From positions 1 through 64,000 of the IMG/VR virus record IMGVR_UViG_3300046542_000335: 64,000 nucleotides of DNA, one strand, 5' to 3'. Source of the DNA: a virus. The notes under the pieces were generated by a model. That model saw only the letters and a program-made list of their open reading frames with translations. It was not told the origin of the DNA and searched no databases. Made by a program: the position numbers and the translations under genes. The first letter of the stretch is position 1; each line of letters starts with the position of its first letter. This document shows, in pieces, positions 29,928-39,071 of this stretch.

Positions 29928-30767
29928 TTAGAACTTCGGTCGAGCTCCCAAGGCTAGCTTCATCACCTTGCGGTAAGCTTCGGTATCATTCATCAACCCG
30001 ATCCGCTGCCACTTGGTGTTCAGGTATTCCTTGTACATCTGGTTCGCATCTGCGTATTGGTCAACAATCTCGCGGATACGGCCAAGGGATGCACCGCCTT
30101 TGATAGCGCCCTCATCGAGGTCGATTACCAGGGTGTTGTAGATGTAGGCCTTAGTAGCCAACGTCACCAGTTCACCAAACGCGTGGTAGTACACCGGCTT
30201 GATGTCGTTGAAGTTGAGTTCGTGAGACAACCTGCAACGCAAACCACCATAAGCGATCATCTGGTTAACGTCATTCACCAATACGGTGTTCTGACCTACC
30301 AGCTGACAGTAAGAGGTGGAGGCGGTGTTTACGCCAACAGAGGCGTTGAGGATGTCCCGCGCATTCTTCAGGAGAACGCTACTACGTTGCATGGTCAAGC
30401 CAGACACGTTGTTGCCGTTCAAACCTTGAGTAATGCCGTAGAGTACCTCGTAGACCGCGGTGATACGACGGCCGTTGGTGACATCGCTACCAAACCGGTA
30501 GATGACGTTCCAAGGGTCGATGTGTTCCACTTCAGCGGCCTGGAGGGGTAGCACCATCTCGGTACCAGACAGCAAGTTGACATCGATAGCCACCCGACCT
30601 TCAACTACGACGGAGCGGATGAGTTCATCGATGGATGCTGCGAAGACGTTGTCCTGGTAACGAACACGTCGTGTGGGGTCATAACGCTTGGGCATGAACG
30701 CTTGCGTCAGCACCGCGCGTGGGACCTCGTTCTTGACATTATTGATGGCGACCGTAACACAGTCCAT
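29928..30767 (-). CDS. Conserved probable virion protein, divergent from phuZ
   Basis: GAGG SD before MDCVTVA; ATKAYIYN motif; synteny. Confidence 0.65.
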   Translation of the reverse strand: MDCVTVAINNVKNEVPRAVLTQAFMPKRYDPTRRVRYQDNVFAASIDELIRSVVVEGRVAIDVNLLSGTEMVLPLQAAEVEHIDPWNVIYRFGSDVTNGRRITAVYEVLYGITQGLNGNNVSGLTMQRSSVLLKNARDILNASVGVNTASTSYCQLVGQNTVLVNDVNQMIAYGGLRCRLSHELNFNDIKPVYYHAFGELVTLATKAYIYNTLVIDLDEGAIKGGASLGRIREIVDQYADANQMYKEYLNTKWQRIGLMNDTEAYRKVMKLALGARPKF

Positions 30768-30828
30768 AATCAAAACCTCTTTCTTGGGATCGACATACGA
30801 TTCCCTCAATTAAATAGTGGAGCTCTAC

Positions 30829-31845
30829 ATGAACGCAGTAAACGAAAGCATCAACGCCGATCTGATCAAGCCTAAAACCCGTTCGATCATGTTCTACGCC
30901 TGCGGCGGCACCGGTATCAACCTGCTGCGCAGCCATCGTGAAGACCTGGTCCTGAACCCTGAAGACCAGAACGCCAACGAGCACTTCGCTTACATCGACA
31001 CCTCGTTCGCCAACCTGCACAACGTCCAGGCCAAAGACACCTTCACTCTGAAGGGTCTGGATGGTTCCGGTTCCAACCGTCCGAAGAACGCCGAAGCGAT
31101 CATGGGCGTCCTGCCACAAATCCTGCTGGCTCACGAGCCGAAGGACATGAACGTGGTTCTGTTCTCCGCATCCGGTGGTTCGGGTTCCGTTGCCGGTCCT
31201 CTGATCATGGAAGAACTGCTGAAGCAGGGCAAGATGGCTGTGGCGATCATCATCGGTTCCCACGAAACCCTGAAGCGTACCACCAACACCATCGGTACCC
31301 TGACTGGCCTGGAACAAGCCGTAGCTCGCGTTGGTCGTCCGGTTGTCATGTTCTACGCCGAAAACAACCCGACCAAATCGATCCTGGACAACAACCTGGT
31401 GCCGAAGTTCGTCCTGGGTTCGCTGGGCATGTTGGGTTCGGGCCGTAACAAGGCTCTGGACAGCGCTGACATCCAGAACATGTTCGACTTCCACCTGGTG
31501 TCGCACAACAAGCCAGGTCTGGCCATGCTGGACGTCTTCACCAAATCCGAAGACCTGGCAAAATCCTCGGCCCGTCCGATTGCCTACATCTCGCTGTTGA
31601 CCGGTGAAGATCAGGTTGGTCCTCAGGTCGATGCCGACTACGACAAGACTGGCTACCTGCCGGGTGATGCCGGCAGCAAGAACAATTTCTTCTACACCGT
31701 TTCGGTGGATCACTTGTCCGGCCTGTTCGAGCGCCTGAACAAGCTGAAGAGCACCATTGCCTTGCAGAAGCAAAACCAGCAGGCCACCACCAAGCTGAGC
31801 GACGCTAGCACCGTCACCCACGCCACCGGTCTGGTCTTCGAGTGA
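30829..31845 (+). CDS. phuZ: Phage tubulin PhuZ/TubZ
   Basis: ACGGTGINL, YIDTS, GSGSNR, tubulin signature GGSGSVAG; C-terminal GLVFE tail. Confidence 0.93.
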   Translation: MNAVNESINADLIKPKTRSIMFYACGGTGINLLRSHREDLVLNPEDQNANEHFAYIDTSFANLHNVQAKDTFTLKGLDGSGSNRPKNAEAIMGVLPQILLAHEPKDMNVVLFSASGGSGSVAGPLIMEELLKQGKMAVAIIIGSHETLKRTTNTIGTLTGLEQAVARVGRPVVMFYAENNPTKSILDNNLVPKFVLGSLGMLGSGRNKALDSADIQNMFDFHLVSHNKPGLAMLDVFTKSEDLAKSSARPIAYISLLTGEDQVGPQVDADYDKTGYLPGDAGSKNNFFYTVSVDHLSGLFERLNKLKSTIALQKQNQQATTKLSDASTVTHATGLVFE

Positions 31846-31857
31846 TCTAAACACATC

Positions 31858-31890
31858 GGTACCTGGTAACCCCAGGTACCTTTGTGCCGT
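31858..31890 (+). terminator. Hairpin + TTTGTGCC
   Basis: GGTACCTGG/CCAGGTACC stem. Confidence 0.55.
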
Positions 31891-31914
31891 TAACACTAAT
31901 AAAGGAACAACTCC

Positions 31915-32136
31915 ATGTCTTACGGCGTCTCCATGTTCGTTTGCGAAAGCTGCAACACCATCGACTCTCTCCAACTGACTCCGTCCAATGGCGACGGCTT
32001 CAAATGCCACCAGTGCCGTCACGGCGGTTGGCATGGCGCATTCTCGCAAGAACAGTACGATCCGTTGAAACACCGCGGCCTGCTGAACAAGTCTGATCCC
32101 TCCTTCGAAGACCTGGGCGATCCCTCCTTCTCGTAA
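31915..32136 (+). CDS. Small zinc-ribbon protein
   Basis: AAGGA SD; CESC...CHQC. Confidence 0.7.
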   Translation: MSYGVSMFVCESCNTIDSLQLTPSNGDGFKCHQCRHGGWHGAFSQEQYDPLKHRGLLNKSDPSFEDLGDPSFS

Positions 32137-32281
32137 GCAGATTACCCCCTCCGGCTAGCGTTCGGTCTAAAACCCATATCGCGCTAGCCGAGTGTAACGA
32201 TCGCAGCGTAGAGAAGCTCTCAGGCACCTTCCTGTGTATTTAGTTACAGAATCTACTTATCTAATGTATAAAGGGGGATCT

Positions 32282-32635
32282 ATGGCTTACATCATCACTG
32301 ACATATCTGAGCTCATCAGGATGGTCGACCCCGAACGCACATTGCACCCATCCGTTCTTGAGGACTGGCTGGTCAGGGAGTACACCCACTCCTACGGCAT
32401 CCCATGTACTCAAATGACGCCGTGGCCACAAAGGTCTATCGACGAAGACACAATAAGACTGGATAGAGCAATACAGCGGTTTGCGCTGGACGCGACTACC
32501 TTCTTACCTGTTACTGTCGGAGGACGACTTTGCGATGAAGAACTCTGGTTCCTGGTCAACCGCAATACCTTGATCATTGGAGATTTCCGTGACGTCAGAC
32601 AGTGTTACAGGCTCATTCGTACTAGACTTCGGTGA
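32282..32635 (+). CDS. Hypothetical protein, paralog array member 1
   Basis: GGGGG SD; AYIITDISEL N-terminal strand. Confidence 0.65.
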   Translation: MAYIITDISELIRMVDPERTLHPSVLEDWLVREYTHSYGIPCTQMTPWPQRSIDEDTIRLDRAIQRFALDATTFLPVTVGGRLCDEELWFLVNRNTLIIGDFRDVRQCYRLIRTRLR

Positions 32636-33119
32636 GCTTGCCAATCAAATCTACCAATCAGCCCTTCGCTACGAGGAGAAAGGATCGCGGCACTTGCAGA
32701 ATGATGCGTCAGATTTGGTTTACGACATGATTGACGACTTCATTACCGAGCAGCTGTACTGGGCTCGTCCTCTGCAACGCCGTCCATCGGCAGACGCGAG
32801 GGATCTGTTGCGTCATGAACGCGTCGACAGACGTAGGAACCGTCGGGATGAGTTTTACCCGCAACAGCCCTACGAAGGCACCAATCTGCGCGTGAAGTAC
32901 AAACACCTGTTGAGGAACATCCCCAATCCTGGAGAACTCCTTGACCGTATATCCGATCGAATGGCAGAAATGGTCTACGATCATATCGACCTCCCGACCT
33001 GGCGCATCGTTCACCTCACTCGTCACCGCAATGGCGTACTGGTGGAGATCGGTGAAGATTATCGGGTTGAGCAGTGGATGAAAGAGCATGGCCACGAATA
33101 CGGCTTCAGAGTCGACTAA
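32589..33119 (+). CDS. Paralog array member 2 (phiKZ gp42-like)
   Basis: GGAG + GTG start; PTWRI...GEDYRVEQW. Confidence 0.65.
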   Translation: MTSDSVTGSFVLDFGELANQIYQSALRYEEKGSRHLQNDASDLVYDMIDDFITEQLYWARPLQRRPSADARDLLRHERVDRRRNRRDEFYPQQPYEGTNLRVKYKHLLRNIPNPGELLDRISDRMAEMVYDHIDLPTWRIVHLTRHRNGVLVEIGEDYRVEQWMKEHGHEYGFRVD

Positions 33120-33630
33120 GGTTGTTCGTTACTGCCGAATAGGCTGTAGTGAATTTATCCGACAAATGCGTAATGTGTTGGAATCCTCCCGCATGGACCT
33201 GTTTAAGGTTCAAAAGGCAGCAGAGGATATCCTGGTGGAAACCTTTATCCGGTGCTTCAGCGGACAGGGGAGTACCATCCTGGACATCCTGGAAGACTTA
33301 CGGCCTCACCGCGTTGACCGCAGGGATATGATCAACGTCCTCATTGAGTTTGAGGACTTCGTTTATAAGGACAAGACCCTGAGTGACATGCGGCGTTTCA
33401 CCGTAGTGGATGCGAAGTTCATCTACGACACGCCGTTATTGGAAGTCGAGTATCATGAAACAGTACCTAAGGAGGAGACACAGTCGTTTAGTCGATTTAT
33501 CCGACAAAGGCGACAGGCTGGAGACCTCATCCACCCCGCGATCGAGAAGGCACTCGAGGAATTCAATCGAGAGCTGGACCATAGTTCCACCGTACACCGG
33601 CAAGGCCGAATATCGCCACGTCGTCGTTGA
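33088..33630 (+). CDS. Paralog array member 3
   Basis: Overlapping 180-aa ORF. Confidence 0.65.
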   Translation: MATNTASESTKVVRYCRIGCSEFIRQMRNVLESSRMDLFKVQKAAEDILVETFIRCFSGQGSTILDILEDLRPHRVDRRDMINVLIEFEDFVYKDKTLSDMRRFTVVDAKFIYDTPLLEVEYHETVPKEETQSFSRFIRQRRQAGDLIHPAIEKALEEFNRELDHSSTVHRQGRISPRRR

Positions 33631-33949
33631 CCTGGAAGATATAGAGTTCCAATCCCTGGAGCAGGATCTGTGTGCTGAGGCTGATGTTATCCTCAAAGCG
33701 TTTATCCACTATATCTGCTACGATGACGATTTCTTTCTAGCCCGTCTGACGGATGAGTTCTTACCGCCTGACGATATAGGGAGAGCGGCCATGGCGATAG
33801 ATGTTTGGTTTTCCATACACCTGGATAAGTTCCGGGACGTCTTTGCTGTTGTGAAGCGGTTTGCCCCAATGAGGGTGAATAATGTCGAAATCAAACAAAG
33901 GTCGGTACTCCTCGAGCTTACTTACGAGGACTTCATCGATGCCACCTAG
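33455..33949 (+). CDS. Paralog array member 4 (start uncertain)
   Basis: HVVVDLEDI; canonical starts lie far upstream, inside the previous gene. Confidence 0.55.
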   Translation: MKQYLRRRHSRLVDLSDKGDRLETSSTPRSRRHSRNSIESWTIVPPYTGKAEYRHVVVDLEDIEFQSLEQDLCAEADVILKAFIHYICYDDDFFLARLTDEFLPPDDIGRAAMAIDVWFSIHLDKFRDVFAVVKRFAPMRVNNVEIKQRSVLLELTYEDFIDAT

Positions 33950-34343
33950 CGTAGATTTGTACCCAGGATTCGTCCTGACGTTGGATCCTGATCTGTCAGG
34001 GGCTCTCAATGCCTTGGGAGAACAGGTGGACTACGACAATGGGAAGGAGCTGCCATGCGTCCTGCTGTCGATCATGCTGTTTGGGTTGGTAGCACCGCAC
34101 GATGAGGTGATGCGTGCTTTCGAAAGATTGTCCGTACATTACAAGAATCCCCAGAGTGAAGACTACTCAGAGTTCTGGGGCGGGTTCCAAGCAACGTTCT
34201 ATGTGTTCAAGCGTCGGTACATACACGACGAAGATCTCAAGAACATGATTCATGACGTCCTTCCGCGTGACTGCGATTATTGCGAGGAGGGTTTACTCCG
34301 CGTCAAGTCCAGTCGGTCAGGGAGACATTTCTTTATAAGCTGA
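33939..34343 (+). CDS. Paralog array member 5
   Basis: GAGG SD, overlapping start. Confidence 0.6.
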   Translation: MPPSVDLYPGFVLTLDPDLSGALNALGEQVDYDNGKELPCVLLSIMLFGLVAPHDEVMRAFERLSVHYKNPQSEDYSEFWGGFQATFYVFKRRYIHDEDLKNMIHDVLPRDCDYCEEGLLRVKSSRSGRHFFIS

Positions 34344-34351
34344 GGCCAGCT

Positions 34352-34690
34352 ATGCAAGTAGAACGTTACGTACTTGAGTTGCCAGAGTTTCCGGTCATGA
34401 AGCGAGACGCTGCTGAGCGTATCGTGAAAGAGGTCATCACCATGACGGCTGAAGCCAACGTGGGACTGGACCGTGAGGTATTGGGGAGTATCAGTCGGGA
34501 ACACGAGGTGACGCTGCACGATGTGGAGTTGTACATCAACCGTCTACTGACGATCCTGTACAACACCAAGATCTTCAGCTCCGTCTTGAATGTGAGTCAT
34601 CCATTGTCGAACGTCGACGTAGAGGTTGCTCACCGCCAAGCTTTTGTGGAGATCGCATGGAATGACAGGGCTAACAAGAACCACCCGTGA
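34352..34690 (+). CDS. Paralog array member 6
   Basis: GAGG SD; RYVLELPE. Confidence 0.65.
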   Translation: MQVERYVLELPEFPVMKRDAAERIVKEVITMTAEANVGLDREVLGSISREHEVTLHDVELYINRLLTILYNTKIFSSVLNVSHPLSNVDVEVAHRQAFVEIAWNDRANKNHP

Positions 34691-35036
34691 GTTGGTGTTG
34701 ATCCATGATTACGGCCTGAGGGATTTCGTATCCCTTCAGGATGTCCAGCACACGCTGGGTAAGTTGAGCGTCATGTTCCAGAAGGATATAGAAGGAGACG
34801 TATCGGACAAGCCCTACTCGCTGGGGCTTTATCTGGGGTGGGATAACCTGGATCTCCTGTCCGTGCACCTCGGTCCGTATTCCCAGGAACAGAAGTTGTT
34901 TCGTATCCTGTGCGATCACTTATATGGCGTTTACTCACTTGGTTCAATTTACACGCTCCAGGCGACCCAGTTCAAGCGAGCGGGGCCATTTCTATTACTG
35001 TCAGTTGATACGAGGTGGAAAATTGGCCACTGGTGA
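34662..35036 (+). CDS. Paralog array member 7
   Basis: GGAG SD; overlapping ORF. Confidence 0.55.
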   Translation: MTGLTRTTRELVLIHDYGLRDFVSLQDVQHTLGKLSVMFQKDIEGDVSDKPYSLGLYLGWDNLDLLSVHLGPYSQEQKLFRILCDHLYGVYSLGSIYTLQATQFKRAGPFLLLSVDTRWKIGHW

Positions 35037-35400
35037 CATTGACTTCTGTGTAGTCGATATCACTGAGCCGACCCGAGCACTCATTCGGTATCTGGATGGG
35101 AGGTTAGACGAGTTGAACTATCGTCCTGACCTGGTCATCCAGAAACAAGCCGTCTGGGGACGGCGAATGTCCAATGGTGCTAACCGCGAGAAACTCGCTC
35201 GGGAACTGCGAAGTGATGAGGTGTTTAAATCATTGGGAGCTGCTGAAGTAGCCGCCGATTACTTATTGGATGAGTACTACCCTGCGCTCGAGAGTATCTT
35301 CAGACACGTTGGTCTGCATGCAGCCGCCGTACATCTTGTGCGATTAACCATTTCCAATTCACGTCAAATCCATGCCAGAGTTTTGGTGGCCTGTATCTGA
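35023..35400 (+). CDS. Paralog array member 8
   Basis: GAGGTGG SD + TTG; FCVVDITEP. Confidence 0.55.
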   Translation: MATGDIDFCVVDITEPTRALIRYLDGRLDELNYRPDLVIQKQAVWGRRMSNGANREKLARELRSDEVFKSLGAAEVAADYLLDEYYPALESIFRHVGLHAAAVHLVRLTISNSRQIHARVLVACI

Positions 35401-35420
35401 CGTACCCCTGGACCACTGCC

Positions 35421-35780
35421 ATGAGCTACTACATACTGGGACATTCCCCGAAACTAGGATCGATGTTAACCACGCTGGTCTGGGACCTCGTGCGGAATGA
35501 CCCTGTTCTCGGGGAGGTTCCGCGGAGACTCTCCAAGAAATCAGTAGCTTTCAAGGAGTGCTGGGATTTCGTTCTCGAAAGCCTGGTCCAAGGTGAAGGT
35601 TATCTTGACAGCCTGGGTATTGACCTGGATCCACTCTGGGACAACATCGACCACGACGAGTTGGAATCAGTCCTGTCCGTAGGACTGGTACACAAACTCG
35701 AGATGGTTGAACACGGTTACTTCAGCGCCCTGTTAATGGAGACACCTTTAAATGCAGTTGAATTCCGATGCACTCAATAA
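35421..35780 (+). CDS. Paralog array member 9 (tentative)
   Basis: 119-aa ORF. Confidence 0.55.
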   Translation: MSYYILGHSPKLGSMLTTLVWDLVRNDPVLGEVPRRLSKKSVAFKECWDFVLESLVQGEGYLDSLGIDLDPLWDNIDHDELESVLSVGLVHKLEMVEHGYFSALLMETPLNAVEFRCTQ

Positions 35781-36144
35781 GACGATTACCTTCGACACGT
35801 ACGAAGGTGTTCGTTACAAGAACTTGCGCTTCGTGGCCATCCTGGATGCCGCCACTGTAACAGCCCTGGGCTTCGATGCTCCGGCGAAGCACATGCAGAA
35901 CTACCCTTACCTCCCACCAGGGGTATCGGACTCGTACACGGGCTACAGCTACGCCAAGCTGATCAATGCCAATAACGAGACCATCTACATGGGCGTTCCT
36001 TGGGTCAAGCCTTCCTCCATCACGGAGAATGCCAACCCGGTGCGACTGATCACCCTCCGCAACTCTGACGATAATACGTTGGCGTCCCTGCGGTCGATGA
36101 TGATCGCCCATGGCATTGAAGACTTCACCATCGAAACAAAGTGA
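35752..36144 (+). CDS. Conserved chimallivirus protein (phiKZ gp49-like)
   Basis: HMQNYPYLP..GVPWVK motifs; directly upstream of DNA polymerase. Confidence 0.65.
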   Translation: MQLNSDALNKTITFDTYEGVRYKNLRFVAILDAATVTALGFDAPAKHMQNYPYLPPGVSDSYTGYSYAKLINANNETIYMGVPWVKPSSITENANPVRLITLRNSDDNTLASLRSMMIAHGIEDFTIETK

Positions 36145-36195
36145 CATATAGCCCACCTGCCTGACGGCGGGTGGGTTTGTGCCCTTTCTTTTTTT
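36143..36195 (+). terminator. Intrinsic terminator (TTTCTTTTTT class)
   Basis: GCCCACCTGCC-TGAC-GGCGGGTGGGT then CTTTCTTTTTTT. Confidence 0.8.
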
Positions 36196-36243
36196 ACTAG
36201 GCGTACTTACGTAATGTAGAGCAATGTACCCCTGGAGCAATAG

Positions 36244-38364
36244 ATGAACCCATTTCTTCTTCCCCTCGACGAATATAACCGCAATCTGGATGTCCGTCAG
36301 GGCTACATCGAACAAACTGCCAAGTACATCTCGTTGCAATTAAAGAAGCCGCTGTCCGAGTGTCTCGACTACGTCAAGAAAGAGACCCGTCGCGGTGGTA
36401 AGTTCGAGTTCAAAGATCCACAAATGCTACAACTGGTCCGTAAAGGTCCGGGTCACCGTGAACCGGAAGAGACCACCTTCCTGGGTTACGTGAACGAGGT
36501 GATCGATACCAACCGTATCCTTTCCCCGTCCATGGTGATCTACGAGCGTCCTGAGGTTGAGAAGTCCGTAACCGCCGAATGGCAGGACGACAACATCGCC
36601 GCTCGTAAGCGCTCCAAGAAGCGCATGTTCGTCTTGAAGCAAGAAGGGGACGTACTGGGCAGTCAACTGGCCGACTATGACCAAAACGCCCGTAAGATCC
36701 GAATCAACTCCGTGTCCGGTATGCGTGGCTTTGAGGGTAACCCTCTGTTCATCGCCACTGGCCACTCCAGCCTGACATCTCTGTGCCGTGCAGCAGCAGG
36801 TTACGGTAACGCTACGGTAGAGCGTTTCCTGGCTGGTTCCCGTCATTACCACACGCCAGAGATCGCCAAGGCCAACATCGTGGCAGTCTGCACCATCGAG
36901 AAGCGCGCAGCGTTTGCTGACGTGATCGATAAGTACGGGATCAACTACCCAACCGTAGACCAAGTCTGCAAGATGATCTCCCGTTCGACTGACCTCTACT
37001 GGAGCGACGTCACCGAAGATGCCATCATCCGTTCGGCGGTAGAAGGCATGACCGCTCTGGAACGTGCGATCTTCTGTTACTCCGGCGACATGTACCACTT
37101 GGCTCAGTACAACGACCAAGTGATCCGTGACATGCTGACCACTCTGATCGCAATCGACATCAGCGACGTTCCTGACGTTGTAACTGACGACGTGATCAAA
37201 GGCATGGATCCTACTGACCTGGCCTATGTGAACGCCCTGTGCGCTACAGTGCTGCGTGGGTCGACTTACGACCGGGTTAAGGCAAACGATCCAGTGGGTT
37301 GGCAAACGATCGGTAAGGTGGCGTGGAAGGTCCAGCAGGGTCTGAATCACTACGCTGACTTCATCACTATGTTCTTTGCGACTTCCCACCTCCCACCAAC
37401 CGTAGCCTCGTTGAAATCCATTCAGCGCCGGGTATGTTTGGCAGCGGATACCGACTCCTCCATCTTTACCTGCGAAGGTTGGGTTGAATGGTACTCGGGT
37501 AACCTGATGCGTGGGGAAGAACAGGACCGTATCTGGTACCTGGCTACTTACATGGTCTGCCAGTGCATCGCTCACTCGTTGGCTAAGCTGTCCACCAACA
37601 TTGGCGTTGAGAAGTCCCAGACCTTCCGTCTGGCAATGAAGAACGAGTACGCGTTCCCTCAGTTCGCATTGACGAATCTGGCGAAGCACTACTACTCCAC
37701 CATGTCCATGCGGGAAGGTAACGTCTATAAAGAGCTGGAGATGGAGACCAAGGGCGTGGAGCTGCGTGGTTCGACTTCGCAGAAGCACATCCTGAAAGCC
37801 ACTGCGGACTTGATGGAATCGACCCTCCATGCGGTGAACGAAGGCAAGAAGCTCAATGCCGGCGATACACTGAAACTGGTGGCGAACTCTGAGCTGGAAT
37901 GCGTCCGGTCTATCCTGCGGGGTGAGTACACCTTCCTGAAGTCGGACAACATCAAGCCAGACAGTAAGAAGATGCCTTACCATGAACTGTGGCAAGACGT
38001 GTTCGGTCCGAAGTACGGCAAGATGACTGAGCCTCCGTACGCTTGCGTGAAGCTGTCCCTCGACCTGAGCAACCAAACAGCCCTCAAGGCTTGGCTGGCT
38101 GACCTGGAAGACCGGGAGTTCGCTGAACGGATGGCGCTGTGGTGCTCCCGTTACAACCGCAAAGACCTGAACACCATCCTGTTGCCGACTCAGGCGATCC
38201 GTAGCTGTGGTCTGCCGATTGAGATCCAACAGGCAGCCAACATCCGCAAACTGGCCTACCAGATCAACTCCGGCTTCTACCGGATCCTGGAATCCATGGG
38301 CCTGTTCATTGTGGACAGAAACAACCTGCGTCTGGTGTACGACTTCTTGGGGCTTGAGCCATGA
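36244..38364 (+). CDS. Family B DNA polymerase, polymerase-domain subunit (phiKZ gp50-like)
   Basis: QNARKIRINSVSG (motif B), AADTDS (motif C), KHYY, KGVELRGS. Confidence 0.88.
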   Translation: MNPFLLPLDEYNRNLDVRQGYIEQTAKYISLQLKKPLSECLDYVKKETRRGGKFEFKDPQMLQLVRKGPGHREPEETTFLGYVNEVIDTNRILSPSMVIYERPEVEKSVTAEWQDDNIAARKRSKKRMFVLKQEGDVLGSQLADYDQNARKIRINSVSGMRGFEGNPLFIATGHSSLTSLCRAAAGYGNATVERFLAGSRHYHTPEIAKANIVAVCTIEKRAAFADVIDKYGINYPTVDQVCKMISRSTDLYWSDVTEDAIIRSAVEGMTALERAIFCYSGDMYHLAQYNDQVIRDMLTTLIAIDISDVPDVVTDDVIKGMDPTDLAYVNALCATVLRGSTYDRVKANDPVGWQTIGKVAWKVQQGLNHYADFITMFFATSHLPPTVASLKSIQRRVCLAADTDSSIFTCEGWVEWYSGNLMRGEEQDRIWYLATYMVCQCIAHSLAKLSTNIGVEKSQTFRLAMKNEYAFPQFALTNLAKHYYSTMSMREGNVYKELEMETKGVELRGSTSQKHILKATADLMESTLHAVNEGKKLNAGDTLKLVANSELECVRSILRGEYTFLKSDNIKPDSKKMPYHELWQDVFGPKYGKMTEPPYACVKLSLDLSNQTALKAWLADLEDREFAERMALWCSRYNRKDLNTILLPTQAIRSCGLPIEIQQAANIRKLAYQINSGFYRILESMGLFIVDRNNLRLVYDFLGLEP

Positions 38365-39071
38365 GCGAAGATGACGAATATACTGACTACCTGAATGCGC
38401 TCGGCAAATTGGAGGCGTGTCCGGCAGGGCGGTACTTGATCGACCTGAACCAGCGCATTAGTACAGATTTCTTCAAGTGCCGCTGCGGTGCTGCTGAGAC
38501 AAGGGCGCTGGGTGAGCTTGAAGCTTTCTGCACAGTGAAGGACTACAAGGTCGTCGAGGGTCTCCGTAAGAAGGATATCCCGTGCGAGTGCACACCGGGT
38601 GCCTTCGCCAGGAGACTTGCTGCCGAAAGGGTCCCAATGGTGGTCTTGCCTCAGAGTGAACCTCACCCGGATGAGAGGAAGTACCGTCGTCGAGAAGAAC
38701 GGGAGTACGGTGGCGTCAAGTACTACTGTTACTTCTACGGTGACGATTGGCTCACGAGGAAGATCCAGGAAGTCAGGGAAAACCCGGTAAAGGACTTCTT
38801 GGCCGATTGGACCAACCCTGATCCGCTGTCCTTCGGCATCCATCATCACGTCCCAGAGTTCCCATCCTTCCTCGATATCGCTAAGAATGGCGTACGAATG
38901 AAAGATCGACCTATCGCGAGGCCTAGTCCGGAGGCTGTCGCCGCCATTACCGATGCGCATACAGGCGTAACCCAAAGCCTCAACGATGCGCTGAAAGAGG
39001 TGCGGCATAAAGGGGAGAGTTTCCCCTCCCCATTTTTAACCCATGTCTACACGGTGAATCCGGATGAGTGA
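38361..39071 (+). CDS. Hypothetical Cys-containing protein
   Basis: ATGA overlap with polymerase stop. Confidence 0.55.
   Translation: MSEDDEYTDYLNALGKLEACPAGRYLIDLNQRISTDFFKCRCGAAETRALGELEAFCTVKDYKVVEGLRKKDIPCECTPGAFARRLAAERVPMVVLPQSEPHPDERKYRRREEREYGGVKYYCYFYGDDWLTRKIQEVRENPVKDFLADWTNPDPLSFGIHHHVPEFPSFLDIAKNGVRMKDRPIARPSPEAVAAITDAHTGVTQSLNDALKEVRHKGESFPSPFLTHVYTVNPDE

Noticed and set aside
36211-36228. Minus-strand TACATTAC/TACATTGC upstream of DNA polymerase
   Set aside because: Lacks the upstream AT-rich/CAG element and points into a terminator with no gene; chance copies also occur inside CDSs (about 23033, 34134)
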